Of a stretch of DNA of 64,000 bases, positions 1-9,577 are shown piece by piece. Positions within the stretch are counted from its first letter, which is position 1, and each line of letters opens with the position of its first letter. This DNA is from Deltaproteobacteria bacterium (GTDB lineage Bacteria; Myxococcota_A; UBA9042). The notes beneath the pieces are model-generated. The model had not been told where the DNA came from and did no database searches. It saw only the letters and a list, made by a program, of their open reading frames with translations. The stretch is from NCBI GenBank assembly GCA_016875335.1, contig VGRO01000001.1, positions 51,724-115,723 of the forward strand. The letters are read 5' to 3'. Both the position numbers and the translations under genes were made by a program.

Positions 1-507
1 AGCGGCTACGCCGACCGGTGCGGCGAGTCCATCACCCCAAGCCGGGCCGGCGCTGGCGAGGCCCGCTGGAATGCACCCGCCGCTGCCGTGGGCGACCGTG
101 CCGGCGAGGCAAGCCGCCGCTCGTTCCTGGGCTGTGCAGGTCGCGTTTGCCGGCAGGCAGTCCGCATCGCCCGCGTCACAGGAGTCTCCCGCCTCGGTCC
201 GCCACACCAGGCACCAGCGCGGCACGCACTGCTCTGGGTGTTCGACCGCCTGCGATGCGCATTCTGGCGGTCCGACCGCCGCGCACGCCGCGGAAGGCCC
301 GTCCCAAAACCTCCCGGTCGGGCAGCAGCCTCCGCCGGGCATTCTGGCGACCTCGGCACATGTCACGTTGGCCTGCGCCTCGCCGTCGACGGACGCGTCG
401 CTGCGTCCGCCAGGGGCGGCTTCGCCGCTGCACGCCGTGGCGGCGACCGTGCACCATGCAGGCAGCGACCGCTCGATGGAATTTCGCATGGCAGAGACGC
501 GTCGCAT
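1..507 (-). CDS. Cys-rich lipoprotein-like protein, 5' part only (runs off window start); paralog of 26880-29825
   Basis: Not in the ORF track. Manual translation gives MRRVSAMRNSIERSLPAWCTVAATACSG...MPGGGCCPTG...CAAVGPPECAS...CVPRWCL, matching MPEGGCCPAG...CTAVGPPECAS...CHPRWCL of the 981-aa ORF. Alternative start at 489. Confidence 0.8.
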   Translation of the reverse strand, partial: MRRVSAMRNSIERSLPAWCTVAATACSGEAAPGGRSDASVDGEAQANVTCAEVARMPGGGCCPTGRFWDGPSAACAAVGPPECASQAVEHPEQCVPRWCLVWRTEAGDSCDAGDADCLPANATCTAQERAAACLAGTVAHGSGGCIPAGLASAGPAWGDGLAAPVGVAA

Positions 508-604
508 GGTGGCAGGGGACCTGCATCGCCCGGCGTTGTCAAGCGCGCGCGGCACGCGTTTTGCACTCCACGATCGACATCGTCCGACTTTTCGAAACAA
601 AACC

Positions 605-701
605 ATGGATCTGAACAATGGGGGGGGGCGATCGCGGGCCACGAGGATTCGCACTCGACAGGAATCTCCAGTAAATCCATGGATCTGAACAATGGGGGGG
701 G
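605..701 (+). repeat. Dispersed CTGAACAAT-polyG repeat, 2 direct copies (605-628, 679-701)
   Basis: ATGGATCTGAACAAT followed by G9 and G8, between divergent genes. Confidence 0.95.
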
Positions 702-770
702 CAGCATGCGGCCACGGGGCAGCGCGCCGGATTTTTCCGTCAAAACAACGGTCTGGGATGGCCGCGCTGC

Positions 771-798
771 TTGACGACACCGGGCCGATGGCGATAAT
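771..798 (+). promoter_or_regulatory. Putative sigma70-type promoter for the 873-6049 operon
   Basis: TTGACG-16 nt-GATAAT about 75 nt upstream of the first CDS. Confidence 0.45.
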
Positions 799-872
799 CG
801 GCGCCGGGCGAACCGCGGACTGTCGCCCGAGGACATGCACTGGACACCACGCGACCGCCCAGCCGACCCGCC

Positions 873-2450
873 TTGCGCTTGCCCACCGTGCTGGCCCTGG
901 CTGTGGCCGTGGCAGTAGCGGCCGGATCGGCCTGGATGCGGTTTCGCGGCCCGGCGCTCGGCTACTGGGACACGTACATCGCGGCCCCGGCCATGCTGAT
1001 CAACGGGATGCCGGTCGATTTCGTGCTGGCCGACGGCGCGCCGGCATGGACGTACAACCTGAGCGGCCGGCTGCCCGAAGATCTGGTGTCGCCGCACGCC
1101 TACGGCATCGCGACCAAGGACCAACGGTTCGGTTCGGCGCTGGCGGCCGCGCAGGGTTTCGCGTTTGCGGGCGTGCTCGGGTTCCGCCTGACGTTTTGCC
1201 TGTGCGTCGCCCTGCTGCCGCCGCTGACGTTGCTGGTCTGGCGCCGCTCGGGCGGCTCGGGCGACTGGCCGGGCGTAGTCGCGGGGCTGTGGCTGGCGTG
1301 CAATCCGTTGATGCTGGCGACCGACCGCTTGAACCCCAGCGTCTTTGCCTTGCCCCTGTTGCTCGCAGTCATCGCCCTGGTGGTCGACGCTGCACCCCGA
1401 GGCGCGCTGGCCCGAGCTGCCGTCGCGGGCTTGGCCCTGGGGCTGTGCGCGTCGATGCGCGAGGAGGCGGTCTGCTTCGTGCCTGCCCTGGGTGCGTGGT
1501 TGCTGTGGGGTCGAGCTGAGCTGCGCGGGCAGCGCTGGAAATGCGTCGCCGTCTTTGGCACGGCATGTGTCGTCGCGATGGCGCCGAGCCTCGCGTGGAA
1601 GGCGTTCGTCTTTGGCGACCCCTTGATGCACCCCAGCCAGTACGATCACCACGATGGCTGGCGACCGACGTTTCCTCACCAATTCCTCGGGGTGCGGTTT
1701 GCATTCAACGGCCTGCTGAACTGGCCGTTCGCCCAAGAGTGGGTGCGCACGCCGCACTTCGCGTTCCCGGTGGTGCTGCTGTGGCCCTTGACGGCCATCG
1801 TGGCGCTTGGCATGGCCGGCGTGGGCCTTGTCGGGGCGGGTTGGTGGCGGTTGCGGCGCAGGTCACCGGACCTGGCCTGGCTGTGTGTCGGCTGGGTGGT
1901 GCCGCTCTACGCACTTTTCGGGCCGCAGGAGAACTGGGAGGAGGTCAAGATGACCTTCCTGCTTTTGGCGTTTCCGGCCGTGGCGCTGCCGCTGGGCGAA
2001 GGGCTTGTCGCGGCGGTTGCCGGTATCTCTGCTCTGCGTTTGCGGTGGACTTGGCTGTGCCCGCCGGCGCTGCGCGCTGGGCTCGCATCCGGCGCCGTGG
2101 CGACCGTCGTGGTGCTGGCATGCCGGACGGTCGACGTGCCTGCCGACCCGCGCTGGTACGTGCGGTTTCCCAACGCCGATGTGCGACGCAACCCGGTCGC
2201 GTCGCGCGAACTTGCGCAAAGCGAACGCGGCGACTGGACCTTTTTCCAACGCGCCGACCATCCAGCCGAGCTCGCGCGCGAGAGGGCGCGCCTGACGCGC
2301 TGGACGCTGTGGCCGGCCACCTATCTGCCGGCGCGGTGGTCGTGGCACGAGACCATGCAGCAGACCGCAGCGGAGGCCGGCGCCCGTCGCTGGAAAGTGC
2401 TGGACGTCTGGGGCTACATCTACGGGGCACGCCGGTGGCCGAGCGGCTGA
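873..2450 (+). CDS. Polytopic membrane protein, possibly a GT-C-fold glycosyltransferase
   Basis: 525 aa, about 10 hydrophobic segments, GYWDTY motif after the first TM; first gene of an overlapping operon. Confidence 0.6.
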   Translation: MRLPTVLALAVAVAVAAGSAWMRFRGPALGYWDTYIAAPAMLINGMPVDFVLADGAPAWTYNLSGRLPEDLVSPHAYGIATKDQRFGSALAAAQGFAFAGVLGFRLTFCLCVALLPPLTLLVWRRSGGSGDWPGVVAGLWLACNPLMLATDRLNPSVFALPLLLAVIALVVDAAPRGALARAAVAGLALGLCASMREEAVCFVPALGAWLLWGRAELRGQRWKCVAVFGTACVVAMAPSLAWKAFVFGDPLMHPSQYDHHDGWRPTFPHQFLGVRFAFNGLLNWPFAQEWVRTPHFAFPVVLLWPLTAIVALGMAGVGLVGAGWWRLRRRSPDLAWLCVGWVVPLYALFGPQENWEEVKMTFLLLAFPAVALPLGEGLVAAVAGISALRLRWTWLCPPALRAGLASGAVATVVVLACRTVDVPADPRWYVRFPNADVRRNPVASRELAQSERGDWTFFQRADHPAELARERARLTRWTLWPATYLPARWSWHETMQQTAAEAGARRWKVLDVWGYIYGARRWPSG

Positions 2451-3208
2451 CAGTGACCTGGGTCCGCACCTCGTGCGTGCTGCTGCGCTCCGTTGGCCTC
2501 GGCCTGCTGACCGATCCGTGGTTTGCGCGTCACATGCGCGGGCTGCCGGTGTTCCGCAAGCCGGCCGTGGCCCTGGACGCGCTGCCGCGCATCGACTTCG
2601 TCTTGGCGTCGCATCTGCACAGCGACCACTTTGACCCGGCCGCCGTCGCGGCTCTGGCCGCCAAGGGCGCGACCGTGGTGGGGACTGTCGGTACGGCTGC
2701 ACATGTGCGGGCCCATGGCATTGGCGCCGAGGTCATCGAGCTGTCGCCGTGGCAGACGTTTTCGCGCGGCGCGCTGCGCGTGGTGGCGACGCCCGCGTTG
2801 CACACGGGTCCCAAACCCGACGAAATCGGGATGTGGCTCCAGGTTGGAGATTTCCGATGTTATTTCGCTGGAGACCAGCGATTCGGGCCGGTCTTTCGTC
2901 AGGTCGGCGCGAGATTGCCGCGGGTCGACCTGGCCCTGCTGCCGGTGGGCGGCACGCTGATCTTCGGCCACCGGACGACCATGGACCCTGCCGATGCGGT
3001 TCGGGCGGCCCTGGTGTTGCGGCCGCGTCACGTTCTGCCTATCCACGAGGGCGGCGAATGGCTGCCGGTGCCGCCGGCCAGTTGGCACCCGGGTCGCCGC
3101 GGCGCCTTCCTTGCCAAACTGCGCACGACGGGCGCCGACGTCGTCGGTCTCGATGCGGCCCCCGGGGTGGAAGTCGAGGTGCCACCCGCGCCACCCGAGG
3201 CTTCGTGA
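2435..3208 (+). CDS. MBL-fold metallo-hydrolase (UlaG/RomA-like)
   Basis: LTDPWF, SHLHSDHFD, YFAGD, LLPVGG, PIH motifs; GTG start at 2435. Confidence 0.88.
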   Translation: MAERLTVTWVRTSCVLLRSVGLGLLTDPWFARHMRGLPVFRKPAVALDALPRIDFVLASHLHSDHFDPAAVAALAAKGATVVGTVGTAAHVRAHGIGAEVIELSPWQTFSRGALRVVATPALHTGPKPDEIGMWLQVGDFRCYFAGDQRFGPVFRQVGARLPRVDLALLPVGGTLIFGHRTTMDPADAVRAALVLRPRHVLPIHEGGEWLPVPPASWHPGRRGAFLAKLRTTGADVVGLDAAPGVEVEVPPAPPEAS

Positions 3209-4152
3209 CGGCGCGCGTGCCCGCCTGCGAGGTCGCCGGCGACGTCGACGCGGTCGCAGCCGCCCTGCGCTGGATCGGCTGGATCGTCGATCCGCGCAGC
3301 CGTGACGCGGCCACTGGCCATTGGTGGTCGTGGGTCGGCGAGGGTGGCTACCCCTACGCCGAGGCGACAGCCTGGGTCTTGCTCGCACTGGCAGAAGCGC
3401 GCGCCGCCGGCATCGCCCACGGCAGCGCCTTGGCCGAAATCGGTGACGCAGCGTGCGAGGGCCTTGCCCGCGGCGCGCGCCAGGGGGGCCTGGGGCGAGG
3501 CGGCCGCTGGTACGCGTTCGACACCGCCGTGGGGCTGGCCGCGGTCCACGCGTGGCGACCCGAACATCCCGCAGTGAACGCCCTGTGGCTGCAGTTGCGG
3601 ACGATGGCGGCCGAGCGGCGGGCGGTGCAAGGTGGGCCGCGTCTCGGACAACCGGCGCCAGGGGCGCGGTGGAGTGAAGTCTGGGGCGCGCATCTGCTGT
3701 GGCTGGCCGTGGCGGCGCACAGCCTTGGGGAGGTCGCGTGGGCCCGATCGTTGGCGAAAGACTTGTTGGACCCCGCGGCGTTGGTACCGATGCCGACGTA
3801 TTGTCATGCACTGGCCTACGCTTGCGAAGGCTTGGTTGCCCTGCGCGGCGAAGCAGTGTTCGATACGCAGTTGGGGGCGTGGTGGACAAGGTTGCGGCGC
3901 GCCGCCACACCGGGTGGGGTCGTCGCCCATGCCGGCGAAAAAGGACCCGTGCGCGCTGACACCACCGCCCAAACGGCCCGGCTGCTGCGCACGCTCGAAC
4001 CGCAGGCCGATGCGGCGCCGTGGCTGCGCCTGCTGTGGGACTGGACCGACGCCCAAGGGGCGGTGCACTACGAGCCCGGGTCGCCGCATGCCAACGCGTG
4101 GTGCACGGCAATGGCGCTGCGCGCAGCGGTCGCTGCACTGGAGGACGGGTGA
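3205..4152 (+). CDS. Putative alpha/alpha-toroid (prenyltransferase/six-hairpin-like) protein
   Basis: YPYAEAT, YAFDT, HALAYACEGL, RADTTAQ motifs; GTGA overlaps at both ends. Confidence 0.55.
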   Translation: MTARVPACEVAGDVDAVAAALRWIGWIVDPRSRDAATGHWWSWVGEGGYPYAEATAWVLLALAEARAAGIAHGSALAEIGDAACEGLARGARQGGLGRGGRWYAFDTAVGLAAVHAWRPEHPAVNALWLQLRTMAAERRAVQGGPRLGQPAPGARWSEVWGAHLLWLAVAAHSLGEVAWARSLAKDLLDPAALVPMPTYCHALAYACEGLVALRGEAVFDTQLGAWWTRLRRAATPGGVVAHAGEKGPVRADTTAQTARLLRTLEPQADAAPWLRLLWDWTDAQGAVHYEPGSPHANAWCTAMALRAAVAALEDG

Positions 4153-5207
4153 CCACCCATCACGTGCCGCTGGTCATCGTCGGGGCAGGTCCCTACGGCT
4201 TGTGCGCGGCATGGGCGGCGCGAAGACGCGGCTTCGAACCGATGGTGCTGGACCGCAACCCACTGCCTGGCGGGGCGTGGCAGCACATGTGGCCCAACAT
4301 GCGTTGCCTGTCGCCGCGCCAGTTTGACGCCACGCCCGACGGCTTCGTGTCGCGGGGCCCGCACGAGTTTGCGACGGCCGAAGAAGTCGCAGAGCAGTGG
4401 CAGCAGTTTGCGCGCCGCCAGCATTTTTCCCTGGCGCTCGGCACGACGGTGCGGGGCATCGCGGCGCAGGCCGACGGTTTCGCGGTGCACCTCGACGCCG
4501 ACGTCGTGTGGGCCCAGCGCGTGATCCTCGCCACCGGCGAGTTCGACGCACCGGTCTGTGCGAACCTCGCGCCCGACACGCGACAACTGCCCGCAGGGGT
4601 CGTGCACGTGCGGGATCTGTTGCCAGATCGGCTGCGCGGCCTGGGTCGGGTCATCGTGGTCGGCGCGGGCAACTCCGCCGCGCAGGTGTTGGCGACCGCG
4701 GTGCACGCAGGGGCGCGGGTCAGCCTGTGCGCCAAGACCGTGCCGGGCCACGTCTCCGCATGGAAAAGCGGCATTCTCGGCCACGCCCGCTGGCGCTTGT
4801 CGGGCCTGGATCTCAAGGTGTGGTCGCTGTCGTCGCGCTGCCAGATGCGCGCGCCGCTGATGGATCCCGCGCTGCTCGAACTGTTGGGCAGCGGCGCTGT
4901 GCAACGATTCGGCGCCGTGGCCGAGTTGTTCGATGGCGGCGTAGTCACTGCCCAGGGCGAGCGCCTGACCGCCGACCTCGTCGTGCTCGCTACCGGCTAC
5001 CGCCGCGACCTCGATCTGGTCGCCGGTCTCGACCAGTTGGGCCCGAGTTCGTTTCCGGCCCACAAGCGCGGCGTCAGCGTCCGCCACCCGGGACTGGGCT
5101 ACGCCGGACTGCCGTGCGCCCGCACGCTGCGCAGCGGATTCTTGCGCGGTGCAAAGGGCGACGCGATTGCCCTAGTAGGTGCGGTACTGCGCGGAGTTCG
5201 GCCGTGA
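4149..5207 (+). CDS. FAD/NAD(P)-dependent oxidoreductase (flavin monooxygenase/CzcO-like)
   Basis: GAGPYG, ILATG, GAGNSA, LATGY motifs. Confidence 0.85.
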   Translation: MTTHHVPLVIVGAGPYGLCAAWAARRRGFEPMVLDRNPLPGGAWQHMWPNMRCLSPRQFDATPDGFVSRGPHEFATAEEVAEQWQQFARRQHFSLALGTTVRGIAAQADGFAVHLDADVVWAQRVILATGEFDAPVCANLAPDTRQLPAGVVHVRDLLPDRLRGLGRVIVVGAGNSAAQVLATAVHAGARVSLCAKTVPGHVSAWKSGILGHARWRLSGLDLKVWSLSSRCQMRAPLMDPALLELLGSGAVQRFGAVAELFDGGVVTAQGERLTADLVVLATGYRRDLDLVAGLDQLGPSSFPAHKRGVSVRHPGLGYAGLPCARTLRSGFLRGAKGDAIALVGAVLRGVRP

Positions 5208-6049
5208 CGCCGGCCGCGTGGTTGGCCTGGTCTGGCGTCGCGCTGGTTGCCGCGCCCATGGTCGCCTACTGGGCGATGACGTTGGGGGGGCGACGGAGCC
5301 TGTGGCGGCTGGTCGGACTTCGCCACAGCATGATTGCCGTGGGGTGCAGTGTAGTTGCCGTGGGGTCGCTCGTCGCCGGCAGCCCGGCACCTGCGTTCCT
5401 GGCCGTGCTCTCGGTCGCGTACCAGGGCCGCCGGCAGTGGCTCTTTCCCATCGGACCGATTCCGTTGGCCGCTGATACTCGACCGGTGCCCGATGACGCC
5501 TGGCTGGCGGTGTTTGAGGACGGTCGCGCCGCCGCGCTAGAGGAACTGCGCCGCTGCCGCTTGGCCCGCACCGGCCGCGGTGAACTGCTGGCGTGTTGCG
5601 GACTCGCCCGCTCGCTCATCGCCGTGCGCGTGCCGGATGTCGCTGCGGTGCAATTGCACCTGCCCTTGCCGGTCGGGTTTGCCTTTCGCGTGGGCGCCGA
5701 GGTCTTCGACGGCACCACGGGCATCCTTTTGGATGGCGATCGCCGCCTGACGCCTGTTGCGCTGGCGTTGGCTTCGGGCGCGGCTTGGCGCCGCCGCTTT
5801 CCCGACGGCGTGCTGTTGACCGCGGGACTGCCGTTGGCGCCGCTGCGGTGGCCGCGCGCACCAGGCCGGACCGGGTCCAAGCTCCCCATCGTCAGCGGTA
5901 GTCTGGAAAGGGGCCTGTGGACGCCGCTGCCCGACCACGCGAAGGATCTGCCGGAACTGCCGCCAGCGGGGGTGCCGTGGCCAGAACGACGGTTTTGCCC
6001 GCGGCCTGCCGAGGTTGGGCAAGTTTCGTCAACAGTTTCATCGATCTGA
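5204..6049 (+). CDS. Membrane protein with a possible degenerate DUF3179-like domain
   Basis: About 3 N-terminal TMs; CCGLARS...FDGTTG...WRRRFPDG pattern; TGA stop lies inside the dispersed repeat. Confidence 0.5.
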   Translation: MTPAAWLAWSGVALVAAPMVAYWAMTLGGRRSLWRLVGLRHSMIAVGCSVVAVGSLVAGSPAPAFLAVLSVAYQGRRQWLFPIGPIPLAADTRPVPDDAWLAVFEDGRAAALEELRRCRLARTGRGELLACCGLARSLIAVRVPDVAAVQLHLPLPVGFAFRVGAEVFDGTTGILLDGDRRLTPVALALASGAAWRRRFPDGVLLTAGLPLAPLRWPRAPGRTGSKLPIVSGSLERGLWTPLPDHAKDLPELPPAGVPWPERRFCPRPAEVGQVSSTVSSI

Positions 6050-6185
6050 ACAATGGGGGGGTCCGTCCGAGCGGCCCTGGCGGCGGCGATGCCTCTCGGG
6101 CGCCGCACCCACGCCGACTCAAGGCTGCGCGATCAAAGCAACCCCAAAATCCTATTCGAAATCAAGCGTCTGAACAATGGGGGGG
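6040..6185 (+). repeat. Dispersed CTGAACAAT-polyG repeat, 2 direct copies (6040-6061, 6164-6185)
   Basis: ATCGATCTGAACAAT-G7 and AAGCGTCTGAACAAT-G7, each overlapping the end of one of two convergent genes. Confidence 0.95.
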
Positions 6186-7172
6186 ATCGTCCAGCAGCCC
6201 CAGCGCCAGCCGCCGGACCTCGACCGCCAGGCGCTCGCGCCGATAGTCGGCGTCGTAGGGGATGTTGGGCAGCGGCCGGCAGCGGTCGAACGCCATCCGG
6301 CCGAGTTCCGCGGCGAAGGCGGCGCCCATTGGCCGACCGGCCAGGCCCTTGAGGTCGAGCACGCGCGGCCGCGGCCCCAGCACGCCCACGACCAATCGAC
6401 CGCCGACTAGCGCGCCCCCTGCCAATTCCAGGCGCAGCGCCACAGAAATCAAAGGAAAATCGATGCTCTTGCGCACCGCCCACTTGCGGTGGCCGACGCG
6501 GACGTGCGGACCTGGTACTGGCACTCGCACACTGGTCAGCAGTTCACCCGGTGCCAAGCGCACATGGCGCGTGCCGTCGCTGTCGTAGAGGTCGGCGAGC
6601 GGCAACTCGCGCCGTGCGACCTGTCCATCGCGCCAGCCTGCGACCTCCACCACGGCGCCATAGGCGATGAGCACAGGCGCGGTGTCGCTCGAGAGCGCGG
6701 CCACGCACCCCTGGCCCCCGGGTACGACATGGCACTCGCTGCCGTGGCTCTTGAGGCAGCCACCGAGCGCCGAGCGCCAGAACTCGCTCTGGTTGATGTA
6801 GCGACAACGGGTGTCGAGGCACAGGTTGCCGCCGAGCGTGGCCATGTTGCGGATCTGCGGGCTGGCGACGCGCGCAGCGGCCCGGCCAAGTGCGGCGCAT
6901 GTCTCCAGGATCGTCGGGTCCGTGGCCAACTCCGCAAGCGTAGTGCCCGCGCCGATCCACACGTGGTCGCCGCGCCGTTCGAGGCCGCACAGGCCGCCCA
7001 CATTGCGCAACAGCACGGCGGTGCCGAGGCGCGTCTGACCGAGTTTGGCGTTGGGCACCAGGTCGGTACCGCCAGCCAGCGGCCGCGCGCCCTGGTTCGG
7101 ATCCGCAAGCAAGTGCAGCGCGCCGGGCAAGTCCCGCGGCGCCGCGACGTCGAACGCGGGCAACCTCAGCAT
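6162..7172 (-). CDS. hcrB: Xanthine-oxidase-family FAD subunit with 4Fe-4S insert (4-hydroxybenzoyl-CoA reductase beta-like)
   Basis: AGGTDL, QIRNMATLGGNL, Cys insert CLDTRCRYINQSEFWR..GCLK..ECHV..GCVA. Confidence 0.8.
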   Translation of the reverse strand: MLRLPAFDVAAPRDLPGALHLLADPNQGARPLAGGTDLVPNAKLGQTRLGTAVLLRNVGGLCGLERRGDHVWIGAGTTLAELATDPTILETCAALGRAAARVASPQIRNMATLGGNLCLDTRCRYINQSEFWRSALGGCLKSHGSECHVVPGGQGCVAALSSDTAPVLIAYGAVVEVAGWRDGQVARRELPLADLYDSDGTRHVRLAPGELLTSVRVPVPGPHVRVGHRKWAVRKSIDFPLISVALRLELAGGALVGGRLVVGVLGPRPRVLDLKGLAGRPMGAAFAAELGRMAFDRCRPLPNIPYDADYRRERLAVEVRRLALGLLDDPPHCSDA

Positions 7173-9577
7173 GTGCCCGACCTCTCGCGCAGCGCCCGCA
7201 GCACCTTGGCCGGCGAAATCGGCAGGTGGTCGATGCGCACCCCCACGGCGTCGAACACAGCGTTGGCGATGGCCGGGATGGCGCTGTGCAGCGGGCCTTC
7301 GCCGGCCTCCTTGGCGCCGTAGGGGCCGTGTGGGTCGGGCGCTTCGACGATGATCGCCGACAACTGCGGCACATCGAGCGACGTCGGGATGCGGTAGTCC
7401 AGCAGCGACGATGCGGCGAGCAAGCCGTCGCGGCCCGGGCCACTGTCGCGCCGCTGCCGAGGATCGCGCAGACCGCTCGGCATCACCTCGTGCAGTTCCA
7501 TCACTGCCTCGGCCGCGCCCATGTACACCGAGCCCTCGATCTGCCCCTCGACCAGCACCGGGCTGATGGCCTTGCCGCAGTCGTGGGCGCACCAGATCTG
7601 AACCACGCGGACCTCGCCGGTCTCCTGGTCCACTTCAACCTCGGTGACGTGCGCCGTGAACGAGTAGGCCGGACTGGCGCCGATGGTGCCGCCGCGGTAG
7701 TCGCCGTGCACGCCGGTCTTGGGCGTGTTGTACGAACCCGTGGCGCCGAGCAGTCCGTACTTGCCCTCGGCCAGGATGAAGGCCTCTTGGATTGGCATCC
7801 AGCGGTTTGGATCCTCCGGGTCGGTCGCGCGGCGGTGCGCGAGCACGATCCGCTCGGCAGGGACGCCCCACGCCTCGCCCACGACTTCGCGGACGCGCAT
7901 TCCCAGTGTCTTGGCGGCCTGTGCACAGGCGTTGCCGGCCATCAAGGTGATGCGCGAACTGTAGGCGCCGAGGTCCACCGGGCACAGGTCCGAATCGGCG
8001 GCGACCACGCGCACGTCGTCGAGCTCCACGCCAAGCTCGTGGGCGGCGATGGTGGCGATCATTGTGGTGCTGCCTTGACCGATGTCGCTCGTGCCCGCGA
8101 ACACCCGCACCCGGCCCGAGCGATCCAGCGCCATCTGCACGGCGGACTGCGGCAATTCGGTCGGGTAGATGCAGTAGTTGGTGCCGCTGATATAGCACGA
8201 CCCCGCGACGCCGATTCCCCGACCGGCCGGCAGCCTTCCCCATTTGTCGCGCCAGCCGCTCGCCCGCTCGACGGCATCCAAGCAAAGCAGAAAGCCGTTG
8301 CTGCCGACGTGAAAGCCGTTGACGGTCGTGGCGTGTTCGCCCATGAAGTTGCGGCGGCGCAGTTCGAAGGGGTCCAGGCCGAGCGCACGGCTGGCCTTGT
8401 CAAGCTGGACCTCCAAAGCGAATCGCGGCTGCACCGATCCATGGCCGCGCTTGGGGCCGCACGCCGGCTTGTTGGTGTAAACGCGCGTCGAGTCGAACCG
8501 GTAGCTGCCGAACGCGTAGGGCGCCGCGAGCAACTGGCCGGAGTAGTAGGTGGTGACCAGCCCAAACGAGCTGTAGGCGCCGCCGTCCAGCAAGGCCCGC
8601 GAATCGACGGCCAGGATGCGACCATCCGCCGAGAACGCCGTCCGGTAGCGCATGTCGAACGGGTGGCGGCCGCGGTGGGCCAAGAACACCTCTTCGCGGG
8701 TGTACAGACACTTGACCGGCCGGCCCGTCTTCTGGGCCAACCGCGCGACGCAGAACTCCAGGGCAAACGGCTCGGACTTGCCGCCAAATGCACCGCCGAC
8801 TGCCGGCTGGATGACGCGGATCTGCCGCATCGGCAGGCAGAGCACCTTGGACAGCTCGCGCTGCAGGTAGTGCGGCACCTGCGTCGCCGACCACACCGTC
8901 AGCAGCCCCTTGCCATCGACGACCGCCACCGCGCAGTGGGGCTCGATAGGCGCGTGCGCCGAACCGTGGAAGCGGTAGTGTCCCTCGATGACCAGTGGGG
9001 CCTCTGCCAGCGCTGCGTCCACGTCGCCAAACGCCAACTGCACACGCTTGGTCACGTTGCCGTGCTTGTTGTCGTCGTGGATCTTGACGTCACCGCGGCG
9101 CAGCGCCTCCTCGGGATCGACCAGCGCCGGCAGCACCTCGTACTGGACGTCGATGCGGCGGCACGCTTCGTTGGCCACGTCTTCGCTTTCGGCGGCCACC
9201 GCGGCGACCGGGTCGCCCACGTAGCGCACCTTGTGCAAGGCCAACGCGTGCTCGTCGGGAGTCCAGGGAATCACGCCATAAGGCGTCGGCAACTCGCTGC
9301 CCACCAGCACCGCATGGACCCCCTGCAGCGCCTCGGCGCGGCTGGTGTCGATGGCCGCGATGCGCGCGTGGGCGTGCGGGCTGCGTACGAGCTTGCAGTG
9401 CAACATGCGCGGCAGCGCGAGGTCATCGGTGTACCCCGCCGCGCCGGTCATGAGAGCCAGCGCGTCGTGCTTGCCGTGGCGACCGCCCAGTAGCGGCGCC
9501 GCTTCGGCACGGCCGTCGTCCTGCGCCAAGCGGTGCAACTGCGCGGCCGTCTTGTCGCTCGAGATCGGTCCGGTCAC
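7166..9577 (-). CDS. hcrA: Xanthine-oxidase-family molybdopterin-binding subunit (HcrA-like)
   Basis: RSPHAHARI, VGGAFGGK, RGHG, DIGQG, YSSR, GQIEG, GAKEAGE motifs. Confidence 0.8.
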   Translation of the reverse strand: MTGPISSDKTAAQLHRLAQDDGRAEAAPLLGGRHGKHDALALMTGAAGYTDDLALPRMLHCKLVRSPHAHARIAAIDTSRAEALQGVHAVLVGSELPTPYGVIPWTPDEHALALHKVRYVGDPVAAVAAESEDVANEACRRIDVQYEVLPALVDPEEALRRGDVKIHDDNKHGNVTKRVQLAFGDVDAALAEAPLVIEGHYRFHGSAHAPIEPHCAVAVVDGKGLLTVWSATQVPHYLQRELSKVLCLPMRQIRVIQPAVGGAFGGKSEPFALEFCVARLAQKTGRPVKCLYTREEVFLAHRGRHPFDMRYRTAFSADGRILAVDSRALLDGGAYSSFGLVTTYYSGQLLAAPYAFGSYRFDSTRVYTNKPACGPKRGHGSVQPRFALEVQLDKASRALGLDPFELRRRNFMGEHATTVNGFHVGSNGFLLCLDAVERASGWRDKWGRLPAGRGIGVAGSCYISGTNYCIYPTELPQSAVQMALDRSGRVRVFAGTSDIGQGSTTMIATIAAHELGVELDDVRVVAADSDLCPVDLGAYSSRITLMAGNACAQAAKTLGMRVREVVGEAWGVPAERIVLAHRRATDPEDPNRWMPIQEAFILAEGKYGLLGATGSYNTPKTGVHGDYRGGTIGASPAYSFTAHVTEVEVDQETGEVRVVQIWCAHDCGKAISPVLVEGQIEGSVYMGAAEAVMELHEVMPSGLRDPRQRRDSGPGRDGLLAASSLLDYRIPTSLDVPQLSAIIVEAPDPHGPYGAKEAGEGPLHSAIPAIANAVFDAVGVRIDHLPISPAKVLRALRERSGTC

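Noticed and set aside
611-628. Myxococcus-type LexA box (CTRHAMRYBYGTTCAGS)
   Set aside because: Only the CTGAAC half-site matches, and many copies lie between convergent genes
6164-6185. Illumina adapter (CGTCTGAAC) plus two-colour poly-G artefact
   Set aside because: The match is only 9 nt in two copies. Copies are diverged, occur on both strands, are confined to gene boundaries, and genes read through them in frame. G-run lengths may still be unreliable.
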